From positions 1 through 34,932 of the forward strand of contig WFSC01000175.1 of assembly GCA_015486185.1 (NCBI GenBank): a DNA stretch of 34,932 nt, written 5' to 3'. The notes beneath the pieces were generated by a model that worked only from the letters and a program-made list of their open reading frames with translations, was not told the origin of the DNA and did no database searches. The stretch is from Bacteroidales bacterium (GTDB lineage: Bacteria; Bacteroidota; Bacteroidia; Bacteroidales; VadinHA17). The position numbers and the translations under genes are program-made. Below, piece by piece: positions 21,924 to 31,700 of the stretch (its first letter is position 1; each line of letters begins with the position of its first letter).

Positions 21924-22403
21924 ATGAGATCAAAATTCCGCCCAAATGAAGGAGAACGTGAAGTCGGTCAGATCAACACCGCTTCCCTGCCTGATATTAT
22001 TTTTATGCTCCTGTTCTTCTTTATGGTTACTACGGTGATGCGGGAAGTTGACCTGAAAGTTAATATCCGTGTTCCGGAAGCCACCGAAGCAAAAAAACTG
22101 GAGAAAAAATCTTTGGTTTCATATATTTATGTTGGAAAACCTCTTCCCCGTTTTCAGGCTAAATTTGGTACCGAACCCCGTATTCAGTTAAATGATCAAT
22201 TCAGAACAGTCAATGACATTGAAGATTTTATCGCCCAGGCAAGAGACCAGTTAAATGAAGCTGACCGCAACAAATTAACGGTTTCCCTGAAAGTGGATGA
22301 AAACACGAAAATGGGAGTAATCACTGATATTAAACAGGCACTTAGACGAGCGAATGCCTTGAAAATCAACTACTCTTCCATAAAAACGAAGAAGTTGAAA
22401 TAA
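21924..22403 (+). CDS. exbD: ExbD/TolR family protein (second copy)
   Basis: INTASLPDIIFMLLFFFMVTT and LKVDENTKMG. Confidence 0.9.
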   Translation: MRSKFRPNEGEREVGQINTASLPDIIFMLLFFFMVTTVMREVDLKVNIRVPEATEAKKLEKKSLVSYIYVGKPLPRFQAKFGTEPRIQLNDQFRTVNDIEDFIAQARDQLNEADRNKLTVSLKVDENTKMGVITDIKQALRRANALKINYSSIKTKKLK

Positions 22404-22416
22404 TGAATATATACTT

Positions 22417-22450
22417 AAAAAAAGCCTGTGATATATCACAGGCTTTTTTT
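22417..22450. terminator. Bidirectional terminator (perfect 34-bp palindrome) between exbD and tRNA-Arg
   Basis: AAAAAAAGCCTGTGATA|TATCACAGGCTTTTTTT. Confidence 0.9.
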
Positions 22451-22453
22451 TTG

Positions 22454-22527
22454 TGATCCCGGCGGGACTCGAACCCACAACCTTCAGAACCGGAATCTGA
22501 CATTCTATCCAATTGAACTACGGGACC
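22454..22527 (-). tRNA. tRNA-Arg(CCG)
   Basis: Reverse complement GGTCCCGTAGTTCAATTGGATAGAATGTCAGATTCCGGTTCTGAAGGTTGTGGGTTCGAGTCCCGCCGGGATCA; -7 box TAAATTTG at 22544-22551. Confidence 0.95.
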
Positions 22528-22609
22528 AGTATAATCCGGAAGGCAAATTTAATAAAAATTATTGATGAACTTTTTCTATTTTCGCACTCTGCTAATAAAA
22601 CATACGGAC

Positions 22610-25600
22610 ATGGAATATAATTTCAGGAAAATAGAGAAAAAATGGCTGGACTATTGGAGAAAAAACAAAATCTATAAAACAAACGAAGACCCGTCCAAAC
22701 CTAAATATTATGTTCTGGATATGTTTCCCTATCCCTCCGGTGCAGGACTTCATGTAGGGCATCCTTTGGGATATATTGCTTCTGACATTTATGCCCGTTA
22801 TATGAGGCTGAAAGGATATAATGTATTACATCCTATGGGATTTGATGCTTTCGGACTTCCGGCTGAACAATATGCAATTCAGACCGGGACACACCCGGCA
22901 GTTACTACCGAAAAAAACATTCAAAAGTATAGAGAACAACTTAATCAACTGGGATTTTCCTTTGACTGGGATCGCGAAGTGGTCACTTCCGATCCTGCTT
23001 ATTACAAATGGACCCAGTGGACCTTTATTCAGCTTTTCAAATCCTGGTACAATCAGGACAGCGATAAAGCAGAACCCATAGAGCAACTGATCAAAATATT
23101 TGAGAAGGAAGGAAATGTAAATATCAAAGCTGCCTGTTCACCTGTAAGCAGCTTCTCCGCTAATGAATGGAAAGGCTTTTCAGAAAAAGAAAAACAGGAA
23201 ACGCTCATGAACTACCGGCTGGCTTACCTTTCAGATACCTGGGTAAACTGGTGTCCCGCCCTTGGTACTGTGCTGGCTAATGATGAGGTTAAAGACGGAT
23301 ATTCCGAGCGGGGAGGATATCCGGTGGAACGAAAAAAAATGAGGCAATGGTTTCTCCGAATTACCGCTTATGCCCAGCGCCTGCTCGACGGACTTGAAAC
23401 CATTGACTGGACCGAATCTATCAAAGAGGTACAAAGAAACTGGATCGGCCGCTCTGAGGGAGCTGTTGTGTTTTTTAATATCGACAACCATCAGGAAAAA
23501 ATAGAAATATTTACCACCCGCCCGGATACCCTCTTTGGTGCCACATTTATGGTGCTGGCTCCTGAACATCCTTTTATAACCTCCATTACAACCAGCGATC
23601 ACCGTGAGGAAGTAGAAGAATACGTAAAAAAAGCGATTAACCGCTCTGAAAGGGACAGAATTGCCAATGTAAAAAAAGTATCCGGCGTTTTCACCGGTGC
23701 ATATGCCATTAATCCTGTTAATAATAAGAAAATACCCATTTGGGTAGCTGAATACGTTCTGGCAGGATACGGAACCGGGGCTATCATGGCTGTTCCAGGT
23801 CATGATTCAAGGGATTTCACATTTGCACGCCATTTTCATCTACCCATCATCCAGGTAGTAACCACCCAAAAAGGAAAACAGGAGGATCCGTCTGCCTGGG
23901 ATGATTCCTATGATTCAAAAGAAGGATATATGATCAACTCCGGGTTCCTGGATGGCTTATCAGTAAAGGAATCCATCCCTGCCATTATTAATTTTCTGGA
24001 AAAAGAAAAAAGAGGTTATGGAAAAATTAATTATCGTCTGCGGGATGCTATCTTCAGCCGTCAGCGGTACTGGGGAGAACCCTTCCCTGTTTACTACAAA
24101 GACGGAATGCCTTATCCCCTGGATGAAAGTCTGTTACCTTTAGAACTCCCGGAAATAGATAAATATCTTCCTACCGAAACAGGAGAGCCGCCGTTGGCAA
24201 GGGCCAAAAACTGGAAATCACCCGATGGTTATCCACTGGAGACCAATACAATGCCTGGTTTTGCAGGCTCCAGCGGCTACTATTTGCGTTATATGGATCC
24301 CCACAATGACAGGGAATACTTCTCACCTGAAGCTGTCCGGTACTGGAAAAATGTGGATCTTTATATAGGAGGTGACGAGCATGCAACAGGGCATTTGATC
24401 TATTCCCGCTTCTGGAATAAATTTCTTTATGATCTTGGTTTGTCAGTGGAAGAAGAACCTTTCCGTAAGCTTATCAACCAGGGAAAGATACTTGGCAGAT
24501 CCAACTTTGTTTACCGTGTTAACCTGGAAAAATATGCCGAATATCTTTTATGGGAGAGGATGAAACAAATCGGCCTGGCGGAACATGTCATCAGAAACTA
24601 CCGGGACGGAAACAGACGCTTTGATTTTTATGATGAAAAAGACAATCTGATCATCGAGATAAAAAGCCGGGAAAAGCTCGAGAAACTGGAAAGTTACTAT
24701 ACAAAATATATTAAAAATACCGGGAAAAAACTTTTGCTTGTACCTATCGCAGACATCATCGAGTTAACAGACGAAGTGCTGGAAGAAACAAAAAAGGCCA
24801 TTGAGGAAACTGCCGAAGGAGGTCTTATCTTCGACAAGCACAGAATCAGGGAACTGCACCCTGTTTTTGTTTCAAAAAATATTAAAGATCGCGAATTATT
24901 TTCAACCCCGTTACACGTAGATATCAATCTGGTTCATAACGACGAACTGGATATTGAAGCTTTCAGAAAATGGAGGCCTGAGTTCAAGAATGCCAGGTTT
25001 ATCCTTGAGGACGGGAAATACATTTGCGGATGGGATATTGAAAAAATGTCAAAATCAAAACACAATGTTCAAACCCCCGATGAACTGGTAGATAAATACG
25101 GAGCCGATGTACTGCGGATGTATGAAATGTTCCTGGGGCCTATAGAACAGTCTAAGCCATGGGATACCAACGGAATAGAAGGGATATCCAGATTCACCAG
25201 GAAGCTCTGGAGATTATTTCATAACGATGAAAATAAGTTCACTGTAACCGAGGAAAAACCCACGGAAGAAGAAGTAAAGATCCTTAACAAAACCATCAAA
25301 AAAGTGCGGGATGACATCGAAAGATTATCTTACCATACCGCGGTAAGCTCTTTTATGGTATGTACCAACGAACTTACAAACCTGCATTGCAATAAAAGGA
25401 ATATCCTCGAACCGCTGGTTATTCTTATTTCTCCTTTTGCCCCCCTGATGGCGGAAGAGTTATGGGAACAATTGGGACATGAGCCCAGTGTGAGTTTTGC
25501 CGCTTTGCCTGATTATGATGAGTCTTACCTGACAGAAGACGCCTTTGAATATCCGGTTTCCTTCAATGGGAAAATGCGCTTTAAGCTACCCCTTCCGGTT

Positions 25601-25729
25601 GATGTTTCCCGGGAAGAAGCAGAAAAAGCCGTGATCAGTGCACCACAGGCACGGAAATGGATTGAGGGAAAGACGATCCGGAAAATCATCTTTGTTCCAA
25701 GGCGAATCATCAATATTGTAGTAAGCTGA
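22610..25729 (+). CDS. leuS: Leucine--tRNA ligase with an internal nuclease-like insertion
   Basis: [14 protein letters not shown], editing-domain FTTRPDT and [19 protein letters not shown] and KMSKS; start MEYNF at 22610. Confidence 0.97.
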   Translation: MEYNFRKIEKKWLDYWRKNKIYKTNEDPSKPKYYVLDMFPYPSGAGLHVGHPLGYIASDIYARYMRLKGYNVLHPMGFDAFGLPAEQYAIQTGTHPAVTTEKNIQKYREQLNQLGFSFDWDREVVTSDPAYYKWTQWTFIQLFKSWYNQDSDKAEPIEQLIKIFEKEGNVNIKAACSPVSSFSANEWKGFSEKEKQETLMNYRLAYLSDTWVNWCPALGTVLANDEVKDGYSERGGYPVERKKMRQWFLRITAYAQRLLDGLETIDWTESIKEVQRNWIGRSEGAVVFFNIDNHQEKIEIFTTRPDTLFGATFMVLAPEHPFITSITTSDHREEVEEYVKKAINRSERDRIANVKKVSGVFTGAYAINPVNNKKIPIWVAEYVLAGYGTGAIMAVPGHDSRDFTFARHFHLPIIQVVTTQKGKQEDPSAWDDSYDSKEGYMINSGFLDGLSVKESIPAIINFLEKEKRGYGKINYRLRDAIFSRQRYWGEPFPVYYKDGMPYPLDESLLPLELPEIDKYLPTETGEPPLARAKNWKSPDGYPLETNTMPGFAGSSGYYLRYMDPHNDREYFSPEAVRYWKNVDLYIGGDEHATGHLIYSRFWNKFLYDLGLSVEEEPFRKLINQGKILGRSNFVYRVNLEKYAEYLLWERMKQIGLAEHVIRNYRDGNRRFDFYDEKDNLIIEIKSREKLEKLESYYTKYIKNTGKKLLLVPIADIIELTDEVLEETKKAIEETAEGGLIFDKHRIRELHPVFVSKNIKDRELFSTPLHVDINLVHNDELDIEAFRKWRPEFKNARFILEDGKYICGWDIEKMSKSKHNVQTPDELVDKYGADVLRMYEMFLGPIEQSKPWDTNGIEGISRFTRKLWRLFHNDENKFTVTEEKPTEEEVKILNKTIKKVRDDIERLSYHTAVSSFMVCTNELTNLHCNKRNILEPLVILISPFAPLMAEELWEQLGHEPSVSFAALPDYDESYLTEDAFEYPVSFNGKMRFKLPLPVDVSREEAEKAVISAPQARKWIEGKTIRKIIFVPRRIINIVVS

Positions 25730-25736
25730 GAAAAAT

Positions 25737-26318
25737 TTATTTTTCAAAGCTGTCCAACAACGATTCAACTACCCGGGGAAAATGTTCATACTCCAGCTCA
25801 TGGACCCGCTGTGCCAGGGTTTCCGGTGTATCATCAGACAACACAGGACATTCTGCCTGAAAAATAATGTCACCATTATCATATTCTTCATTCACATAAT
25901 GAATGGTAATGCCTGATATTTTTTCATGATTACGGATTACGGCTTCATGCACATGATGCCCGTACATTCCCTTTCCCCCGTATTTTGGTAACAGGGCCGG
26001 ATGGATATTCACGATCCTTCCCGGATAAGCCTGAAGAATTTTCTTTGGCACCAACCAGAGAAAACCGGCAAGAATAATGAAATTCACCTGATTATTCTGT
26101 AAATCCTTCAACACACGATTTTCTTTCAGATCATCACGGTTAAATATCCTGTACGGCACATTTAACCGGCGCGATCTTTCTATAACATATGCCTCCGGAT
26201 TGTTAGAAAGTATCAGTACAACTTTCTTATTGAACGTTTTGTTAAAATGTTCGATTAAGTTTTGCGCATTAGTACCCGACCCTGAAGCAAATATGGCTAT
26301 TCTCCATTCTTTCCTCAT
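25737..26318 (-). CDS. purN: Phosphoribosylglycinamide formyltransferase
   Basis: IAIFASGSGTNA, LAGF, NIHPALLPKYGG and GITIHYVNEEYDNG. Confidence 0.96.
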   Translation of the reverse strand: MRKEWRIAIFASGSGTNAQNLIEHFNKTFNKKVVLILSNNPEAYVIERSRRLNVPYRIFNRDDLKENRVLKDLQNNQVNFIILAGFLWLVPKKILQAYPGRIVNIHPALLPKYGGKGMYGHHVHEAVIRNHEKISGITIHYVNEEYDNGDIIFQAECPVLSDDTPETLAQRVHELEYEHFPRVVESLLDSFEK

Positions 26319-26485
26319 TTTTTGATACTTATAAGTTTTACAGATATCAAATTAATTACTTATCTTACGGTATGTTTTATCAGGTAAAGTAAAAAAATAT
26401 ATATTTGTTTGAAAAATTTTATTGAAATACATTTCTTTGCACCGGATTCTTAAAAACTATTAATCGTAACTAAAAACTTAAAATT

Positions 26486-26722
26486 ATGTCAGACATTGCA
26501 TCAAAAGTAAAGGCGATTATCGCTGACAAACTGGGAGTTGATGAAAGTGAAGTAACTCCTGAAGCCAGTTTCACCAACGATCTGGGAGCTGATTCTCTTG
26601 ACACGGTAGAACTGATCATGGAATTTGAAAAAGAATTCAACATCGGGATACCTGATGATCAGGCTGAGAATATCTCAACGGTAGGGGAAGCCATCAAGTA
26701 TATTGAAGAAAATGTAAAATAG
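26486..26722 (+). CDS. acpP: Acyl carrier protein
   Basis: [14 protein letters not shown] phosphopantetheine site. Confidence 0.98.
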   Translation: MSDIASKVKAIIADKLGVDESEVTPEASFTNDLGADSLDTVELIMEFEKEFNIGIPDDQAENISTVGEAIKYIEENVK

Positions 26723-26728
26723 AAAAGC

Positions 26729-27982
26729 ATGGCCTTAAAACGTGTAGTAGTTACAGGGTTGGGAGCACTGACCCCTATAGGAAAAAACGTGCCGGAATTT
26801 TGGGAAGCATTGGCTAATGGAGTGAGTGGCTCCAACCTTATTACACGTTTTGATACAGAAAAATTCAAGACTCACTTTGCCTGTGAGATAAAGAATTATG
26901 ATCCTAAAGATCATTTTGACCGGAAGGAGTTACGCAAACTTGACCTTTTCTGTCAATTTGCATTGATCTCAGCAGATGAAGCTATCCGGGACGCAAATAT
27001 TGAGACAGATAAGGTGGACCATAATCGTATTGGGGTAATCTATGGTTCTGGAATCGGCGGACTTCAGACATTTTATGAAGAGATTCGTTCTTTTGTTCAG
27101 GGGGATGGGACTCCGCGTTTCAGCCCTTTCTTTATTCCGAAGATCATTTCTGACATTGCCGCTGGCCATATTTCTATAAAATATGGTTTCAGAGGACCCA
27201 ATTTCGCTACGGTTTCAGCCTGTTCTACTGCAGCCAATGCCATAATCGATGCCTATAACTACATCCGCCTTGACAAGGCAGATATATTTGTTACCGGCGG
27301 TGCTGAAGCTCCTGTAAACAGAGTCGGTGTCGGAGGCTTTAATGCCATTATGGCTATCAGCACCAATAATGATGAATACAAGACCGCTTCCCGTCCCTTT
27401 GACAAAACCCGTGATGGTTTTGTAATGGGAGAAGGTGCCGGCACATTGGTCCTGGAAGAGTTGGAACATGCCAGGGCACGGGGAGCCAAAATCTATGCTG
27501 AACTGGCAGGGGCGGGCTTATCAGCAGATGCCTATCATATTACAGCTCCTCACCCGGAAGGACTGGGAGCTGCACTGGTAATGGAAGGAGCCCTGAAGGA
27601 TGCAAATATGACCCCCCGGGACATTGACTATATCAATGTTCACGGAACCGCCACTCCTTTGGGCGATCTTTCCGAGATACAAGCTATTGAAAAGCTTTTT
27701 GGTGAACATGCCTATGAAATAAGTATCAGCTCCACAAAGTCCATGACCGGTCATCTGCTGGGTGCCGCAGGAGCCGCCGAAGCAATCGCAAGTATTATGG
27801 CTATTCAAAAAGGGATTATACCTCCTACCATCAATCACTTTGTCGATGATCCGGCATTCAATCCAAAACTGGATCTTACATTTAATAAAGCAAAGAAAAA
27901 GAAGGTTAACGTAGCACTCAGTAATACTTTCGGATTTGGCGGACATAATGCTTCCATTATCTTTAAAAAATTTGAGTCTTAA
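26729..27982 (+). CDS. fabF: Beta-ketoacyl-ACP synthase II
   Basis: RVVVTGLG, SACST (Cys), NVHGT, STKSMTGHLLGA and SNTFGFGGHN. Confidence 0.97.
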   Translation: MALKRVVVTGLGALTPIGKNVPEFWEALANGVSGSNLITRFDTEKFKTHFACEIKNYDPKDHFDRKELRKLDLFCQFALISADEAIRDANIETDKVDHNRIGVIYGSGIGGLQTFYEEIRSFVQGDGTPRFSPFFIPKIISDIAAGHISIKYGFRGPNFATVSACSTAANAIIDAYNYIRLDKADIFVTGGAEAPVNRVGVGGFNAIMAISTNNDEYKTASRPFDKTRDGFVMGEGAGTLVLEELEHARARGAKIYAELAGAGLSADAYHITAPHPEGLGAALVMEGALKDANMTPRDIDYINVHGTATPLGDLSEIQAIEKLFGEHAYEISISSTKSMTGHLLGAAGAAEAIASIMAIQKGIIPPTINHFVDDPAFNPKLDLTFNKAKKKKVNVALSNTFGFGGHNASIIFKKFES

Positions 27983-27985
27983 CTG

Positions 27986-28708
27986 GTGTTTGGCTTATCT
28001 TCGAAAAAAATTAACCCCCTTTTGCCTCATCAAAAGGGGTTTTATATGCAAATCAAAAAACTGATCTCTTATCCGCCCCGGGATATCACCCTGTACCAGA
28101 TCGCTTTCGTAACCCGCTCTCATTCCATTCCCGTCTCAGGTCAGATCATCAACAACGAAAGGCTGGAATTTCTGGGTGATACCATTATCAGCACTATCAT
28201 CTCAGAATATTTATACCGGCTATATCCCGAAAAAACCGAAGGAGAACTATCCATCCTGCGTTCCAAGATTGTCAATGGACATTCCCTGAACCGGATTGCC
28301 CTCGACCTTAAACTGGACCAACTTGTACAATACACTTTCTATTCCGAGAATCAGCATAAACATATTTTTGGAGATGTATTTGAAGCTTTTATCGGGGCTA
28401 TGTTCCTGGACCATGGATATAATAAAACCCGCCAATACTTTCTTCGGGTCCTTTTTGACAAATACATCGATATTCATCAGATCCTCCATGAAGACCAGGA
28501 TTATAAAAGTCTGATGATCATATGGGCACAGAAAAATCACAAGAAAATATTTTTTGTCACCAACGAAACCCGCACGGCACATAATAAAAAAATATTTAGC
28601 TCTCTGGTGCAAACCAATCGTGATATTCTGGCCGAGGGAACCGGTTACTCAAAGAAAGAAGCAGAACAAAATGCCGCTAAGAAAGCATATTATAAGATAC
28701 GTAAATGA
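27986..28708 (+). CDS. rnc: Ribonuclease III
   Basis: NERLEFLGD, DVFEAFIGA and dsRBD GYSKKEAEQNAA; GTG start uncertain. Confidence 0.93.
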   Translation: MFGLSSKKINPLLPHQKGFYMQIKKLISYPPRDITLYQIAFVTRSHSIPVSGQIINNERLEFLGDTIISTIISEYLYRLYPEKTEGELSILRSKIVNGHSLNRIALDLKLDQLVQYTFYSENQHKHIFGDVFEAFIGAMFLDHGYNKTRQYFLRVLFDKYIDIHQILHEDQDYKSLMIIWAQKNHKKIFFVTNETRTAHNKKIFSSLVQTNRDILAEGTGYSKKEAEQNAAKKAYYKIRK

Positions 28709-28740
28709 CAAAACAGCATTGTTGACCTTTAGATTGATAC

Positions 28741-29169
28741 ATGATGCCAAAGACCAGGAAACACAGGCTTCTGCTTGAACCAGATCAAAACTTTCTGTTA
28801 ATAGCCATTGCCTCTCATGAGAAGGGATATCATCTAAGCTGGATCTTAAACAAGGAAACAGGAAGCCATTTTATCCGCTCTTCCGATTTCCGGATTGACC
28901 GGAAAAATACGCCTCTTTCATTCCCTGTATTTGGCTGGGAAGATAAAAATAAATTGTTGAGCTATCATCTCATTGCAAACCGCTCAGAAAATGGGTTTTT
29001 ATTCGACGATCTGAAAAATATTGATTTTTTCCTTCATATTTCTCCTGATCCGGGAGAATCCTTTGCCCGGGAACTGCAAGATCAATTAAAGACCCTCCCT
29101 GTTATCTATACCTGTTTTCCTATTGATACCAAAAAATATCCTTCTGCCGGTATGTTACAATTCGATTAA
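28741..29169 (+). CDS. IPExxxVDY-family-like protein
   Basis: FLLIAIAS...YHLSWILNK...YHLIANR...LFDDLKNIDFF resembles this Bacteroidota family with a degenerate motif; typical position near rnc. Confidence 0.6.
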   Translation: MMPKTRKHRLLLEPDQNFLLIAIASHEKGYHLSWILNKETGSHFIRSSDFRIDRKNTPLSFPVFGWEDKNKLLSYHLIANRSENGFLFDDLKNIDFFLHISPDPGESFARELQDQLKTLPVIYTCFPIDTKKYPSAGMLQFD

Positions 29170-29221
29170 TATATACCATTGCCTGATCCACAGTGATACA
29201 AAAGCCAGTGGAAATGGAAGC

Positions 29222-29254
29222 AAAAAAAAGCAGGTGATGTTTCACCTGCTTTTT
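29222..29254. terminator. Bidirectional intrinsic terminator, longer U-tract on the minus strand
   Basis: A8-GCAGGTGA-TGTT-TCACCTGC-T5. Confidence 0.88.
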
Positions 29255-29305
29255 CCGTATTAACCCTTTTATTAACCTAAACCAAAAACCTACTGCTTTT
29301 GTTCT
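29222..29305 (-). ncRNA. Candidate sigma54-dependent small RNA (~84 nt)
   Basis: Promoter-like element, ATG-free body with four GGUU motifs, and terminator with U8. The 5' end is inferred from -12 spacing. Confidence 0.5.
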
Positions 29306-29315
29306 TTATAAAATT

Positions 29316-29332
29316 ATCAAATTCCGTGCCAA
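29316..29332 (-). promoter_or_regulatory. sigma54 (RpoN) -24/-12-like promoter
   Basis: TTGGCACGGAATTTGAT versus consensus TGGCACG-N4-TTGCW: exact -24 element and spacing, with GA instead of GC at -12. Confidence 0.6.
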
Positions 29333-29444
29333 AAATCGTTTTTCTTAAAATATCTGCTTTCTTTGTTTAATTAACGTTAATTTTAATAAATTGTTGCAAA
29401 AATCTTCTTTATTTTTTAACACCACAAAGATAAATCAGGTATCC

Positions 29445-29479
29445 GTTAAGAAGGGTTAAAGGATGTTAAATAGTGTTAA
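29445..29479 (+). promoter_or_regulatory. Four GTTAA direct repeats with exact 10-bp period (putative OmpR-family/RprY boxes)
   Basis: GTTAA at 29445, 29455, 29465 and 29475, between divergent TATCTTTG -7 boxes (minus 29425-29432; plus 29507-29514). Confidence 0.6.
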
Positions 29480-29521
29480 AAGATCAGAGGTGATGGGGGA
29501 AAGAACTATCTTTGTAAGGCT

Positions 29522-30973
29522 ATGAATAAAAAGGTTATATGGATATTGACCGGTATAATGGGGGTAGGAATGCTGGCACTTGTCATAATACAGACCTACT
29601 GGTTAAATCATGCAATGAGGGTAAAAAGTCATCAATTTAAACAAACGGTAAATGAAGCTTTTCATGAGGTAATTGCCCAGCTTGAAAAAAATGAAATATA
29701 CAACATCGTAATCCGTGAGATCAATATTGAATCGTCCGACTCAGGCACCCTGGTCTTCCCCATGGGAAACAATTCCTCAAACAATAATTTCCCCGGCATG
29801 GATACCCTGCTGTTGAAGGGACGGATCAATGGGATATTGAATGAAACCGGAGAGAACGGCAAAGTAGATAATCAGTTTGATCGCACTTTGATGATAAAAC
29901 ATATCCTTGAAAAATTATCAAAGAAACCCCCTGACATTCAGGATCGCATCAATCCTGTTGAGCTCTTTTACCTTATCAAAAAAACCCTGAGGAAATACGG
30001 GATCAGCCAACCTTTTGAATTTGCGATAAAGAAAGATCAAACCGATATTGTGTACAGAACCCCGGGTTATACCGAGAAACATAAGTTTGTCAATACTTTT
30101 GAACAAACCCTGTTCCCTAACGATATTGTTAACCAGAAAAATTCACTTGTTTTGTACTTCCCTGATGAACATAAATATCTGGTCCGGTCTTTAGGCTGGA
30201 TCGGATATTCCTCCGTAGCGTTGACCTTTTTTTTCCTTGTGGTATTCCTTGGAACGTTGTATATCATTATGAGACAAAAAAGAATATCGGATATCAAAAC
30301 TGATTTTGTCAATAACATGACGCATGAACTTAAAACCCCTATCTCGACCATTTCACTGGCATCACAGATGCTGAAAGATAAAAGTATCTCCAATAATGAT
30401 AAAAATATTGACCATATAGCCGGCGTTATTGAAGATGAAACCAAAAGACTGAGTCACCAGGTGGAAAAAGTTCTGCAGATGGCCGTTTTTGAACGAGGAC
30501 GGGTAAAACTTAACCGTAAAGAAACTGATATTCATGCCATTATTAAAAATGTTATCCAAAACTTTTCCATACGCATCCAGAATAAGAACGGAAAGATCGT
30601 TTATGATCTCAATGCTAAACGGTCAACCGTTTTCATCGACGAAGTCCATATTACAAATGTTCTTTCCAATTTGGTGGACAATGCCATTAAATATAGTATG
30701 GAGGCGCCTCTGATCTATATTAAGACAGAAAATAATGAAAAAGGAATACTTATTTACGTCCGGGATAACGGCATCGGATTATCAAAGGAACATTTGAAAA
30801 AAATATTTGATCAGTTCTATCGTGTCCCGACAGGGAACATTCATAATATAAAAGGGTTTGGACTGGGACTAAGCTATGTCAAAAAGATCATTGAAGAACA
30901 CGATGGGACAATCACTGTGGAAAGCATGATAAACAAAGGAACCACCTTTACTATATTTTTACCTTTTACATAA
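29522..30973 (+). CDS. rprX: Sensor histidine kinase RprX-like
   Basis: Two TMs; H-box FVNNMTHELKTP, N-box NLVDNAIKY, DNGIG, FDQFYRV and GFGLGLSYVK. Confidence 0.88.
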   Translation: MNKKVIWILTGIMGVGMLALVIIQTYWLNHAMRVKSHQFKQTVNEAFHEVIAQLEKNEIYNIVIREINIESSDSGTLVFPMGNNSSNNNFPGMDTLLLKGRINGILNETGENGKVDNQFDRTLMIKHILEKLSKKPPDIQDRINPVELFYLIKKTLRKYGISQPFEFAIKKDQTDIVYRTPGYTEKHKFVNTFEQTLFPNDIVNQKNSLVLYFPDEHKYLVRSLGWIGYSSVALTFFFLVVFLGTLYIIMRQKRISDIKTDFVNNMTHELKTPISTISLASQMLKDKSISNNDKNIDHIAGVIEDETKRLSHQVEKVLQMAVFERGRVKLNRKETDIHAIIKNVIQNFSIRIQNKNGKIVYDLNAKRSTVFIDEVHITNVLSNLVDNAIKYSMEAPLIYIKTENNEKGILIYVRDNGIGLSKEHLKKIFDQFYRVPTGNIHNIKGFGLGLSYVKKIIEEHDGTITVESMINKGTTFTIFLPFT

Positions 30974-30989
30974 AATTAAAAAATATATC

Positions 30990-31673
30990 ATGGATAAGAT
31001 CCGTATTTTACTGGCAGAAGATGATGAAAATCTTGGTACATTACTAAAGGAATACCTGCAGGCCAAGGGTTATGAAACCGACTTATATCCCGATGGAAGC
31101 CATGCATATAAAGGATTTATTACCGATCATTATGATCTCTGTTTACTCGATATTATGATGCCGGTAAAAGATGGTTTTACGTTGGCAAGGGAGATCAGAC
31201 AGTTAAATTCGGACATACCCATCATTTTTTTGACGGCTAAGTCGATGAAGGAAGATGTATTTGAAGGATTCCGTATTGGTGCCGACGATTACATCACCAA
31301 GCCTTTCAGTATGGAAGAATTGCTTTTCCGTATTGAGGCTATCCTGCGCAGAACAAAATCCGGCCAGGTAGAGAACCAGGATCAGTTTAAGATCGGAAAG
31401 TATCTTTTTGATGCGAACAAACAGGAACTTACTTTTGGAAATCAGGTGCAGAAAATGACCACCAAAGAATCGGAACTGCTCCGGTTGCTTTGTAATAACA
31501 AAAATAAGATCCTCGAACGGAATTTTGCCTTGCGCACCATCTGGATGGATGATAATTATTTCAATGCCAGAAGCATGGATGTATATATCACCAAGTTAAG
31601 AAAATATCTTAAAGAGGATCCGTCCGTTGAGATCATCAATATTCACGGAAAAGGATATAAGCTGATCTGTTGA
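30990..31673 (+). CDS. rprY: OmpR-family response regulator RprY-like
   Basis: EDDENLG...LDIMMP..DG, FLTAK, GADDYITKPFSMEEL and winged helix DDNYFNARSMDVYITKLRK. Confidence 0.9.
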   Translation: MDKIRILLAEDDENLGTLLKEYLQAKGYETDLYPDGSHAYKGFITDHYDLCLLDIMMPVKDGFTLAREIRQLNSDIPIIFLTAKSMKEDVFEGFRIGADDYITKPFSMEELLFRIEAILRRTKSGQVENQDQFKIGKYLFDANKQELTFGNQVQKMTTKESELLRLLCNNKNKILERNFALRTIWMDDNYFNARSMDVYITKLRKYLKEDPSVEIINIHGKGYKLIC

Positions 31674-31700
31674 GTTGTTTTTTTGATCTGTCAGATCTGT

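Noticed and set aside
23231-23803. 190-aa antisense ORF in leuS, and similar shadow ORFs within rsmH, purF, aspS, gdh, fabF and lepA
   Set aside because: Entirely overlap well-supported genes and lack recognisable motifs
24518-24860. LeuRS insertion as an intein or intron
   Set aside because: No N-terminal Cys/Ser with C-terminal His-Asn and +1 nucleophile; the reading frame is continuous
29340-29480. Short repeats as a CRISPR array or replication origin
   Set aside because: Repeat units are only 5 bp with 5-bp spacers; no cas genes and no clear DnaA-box cluster
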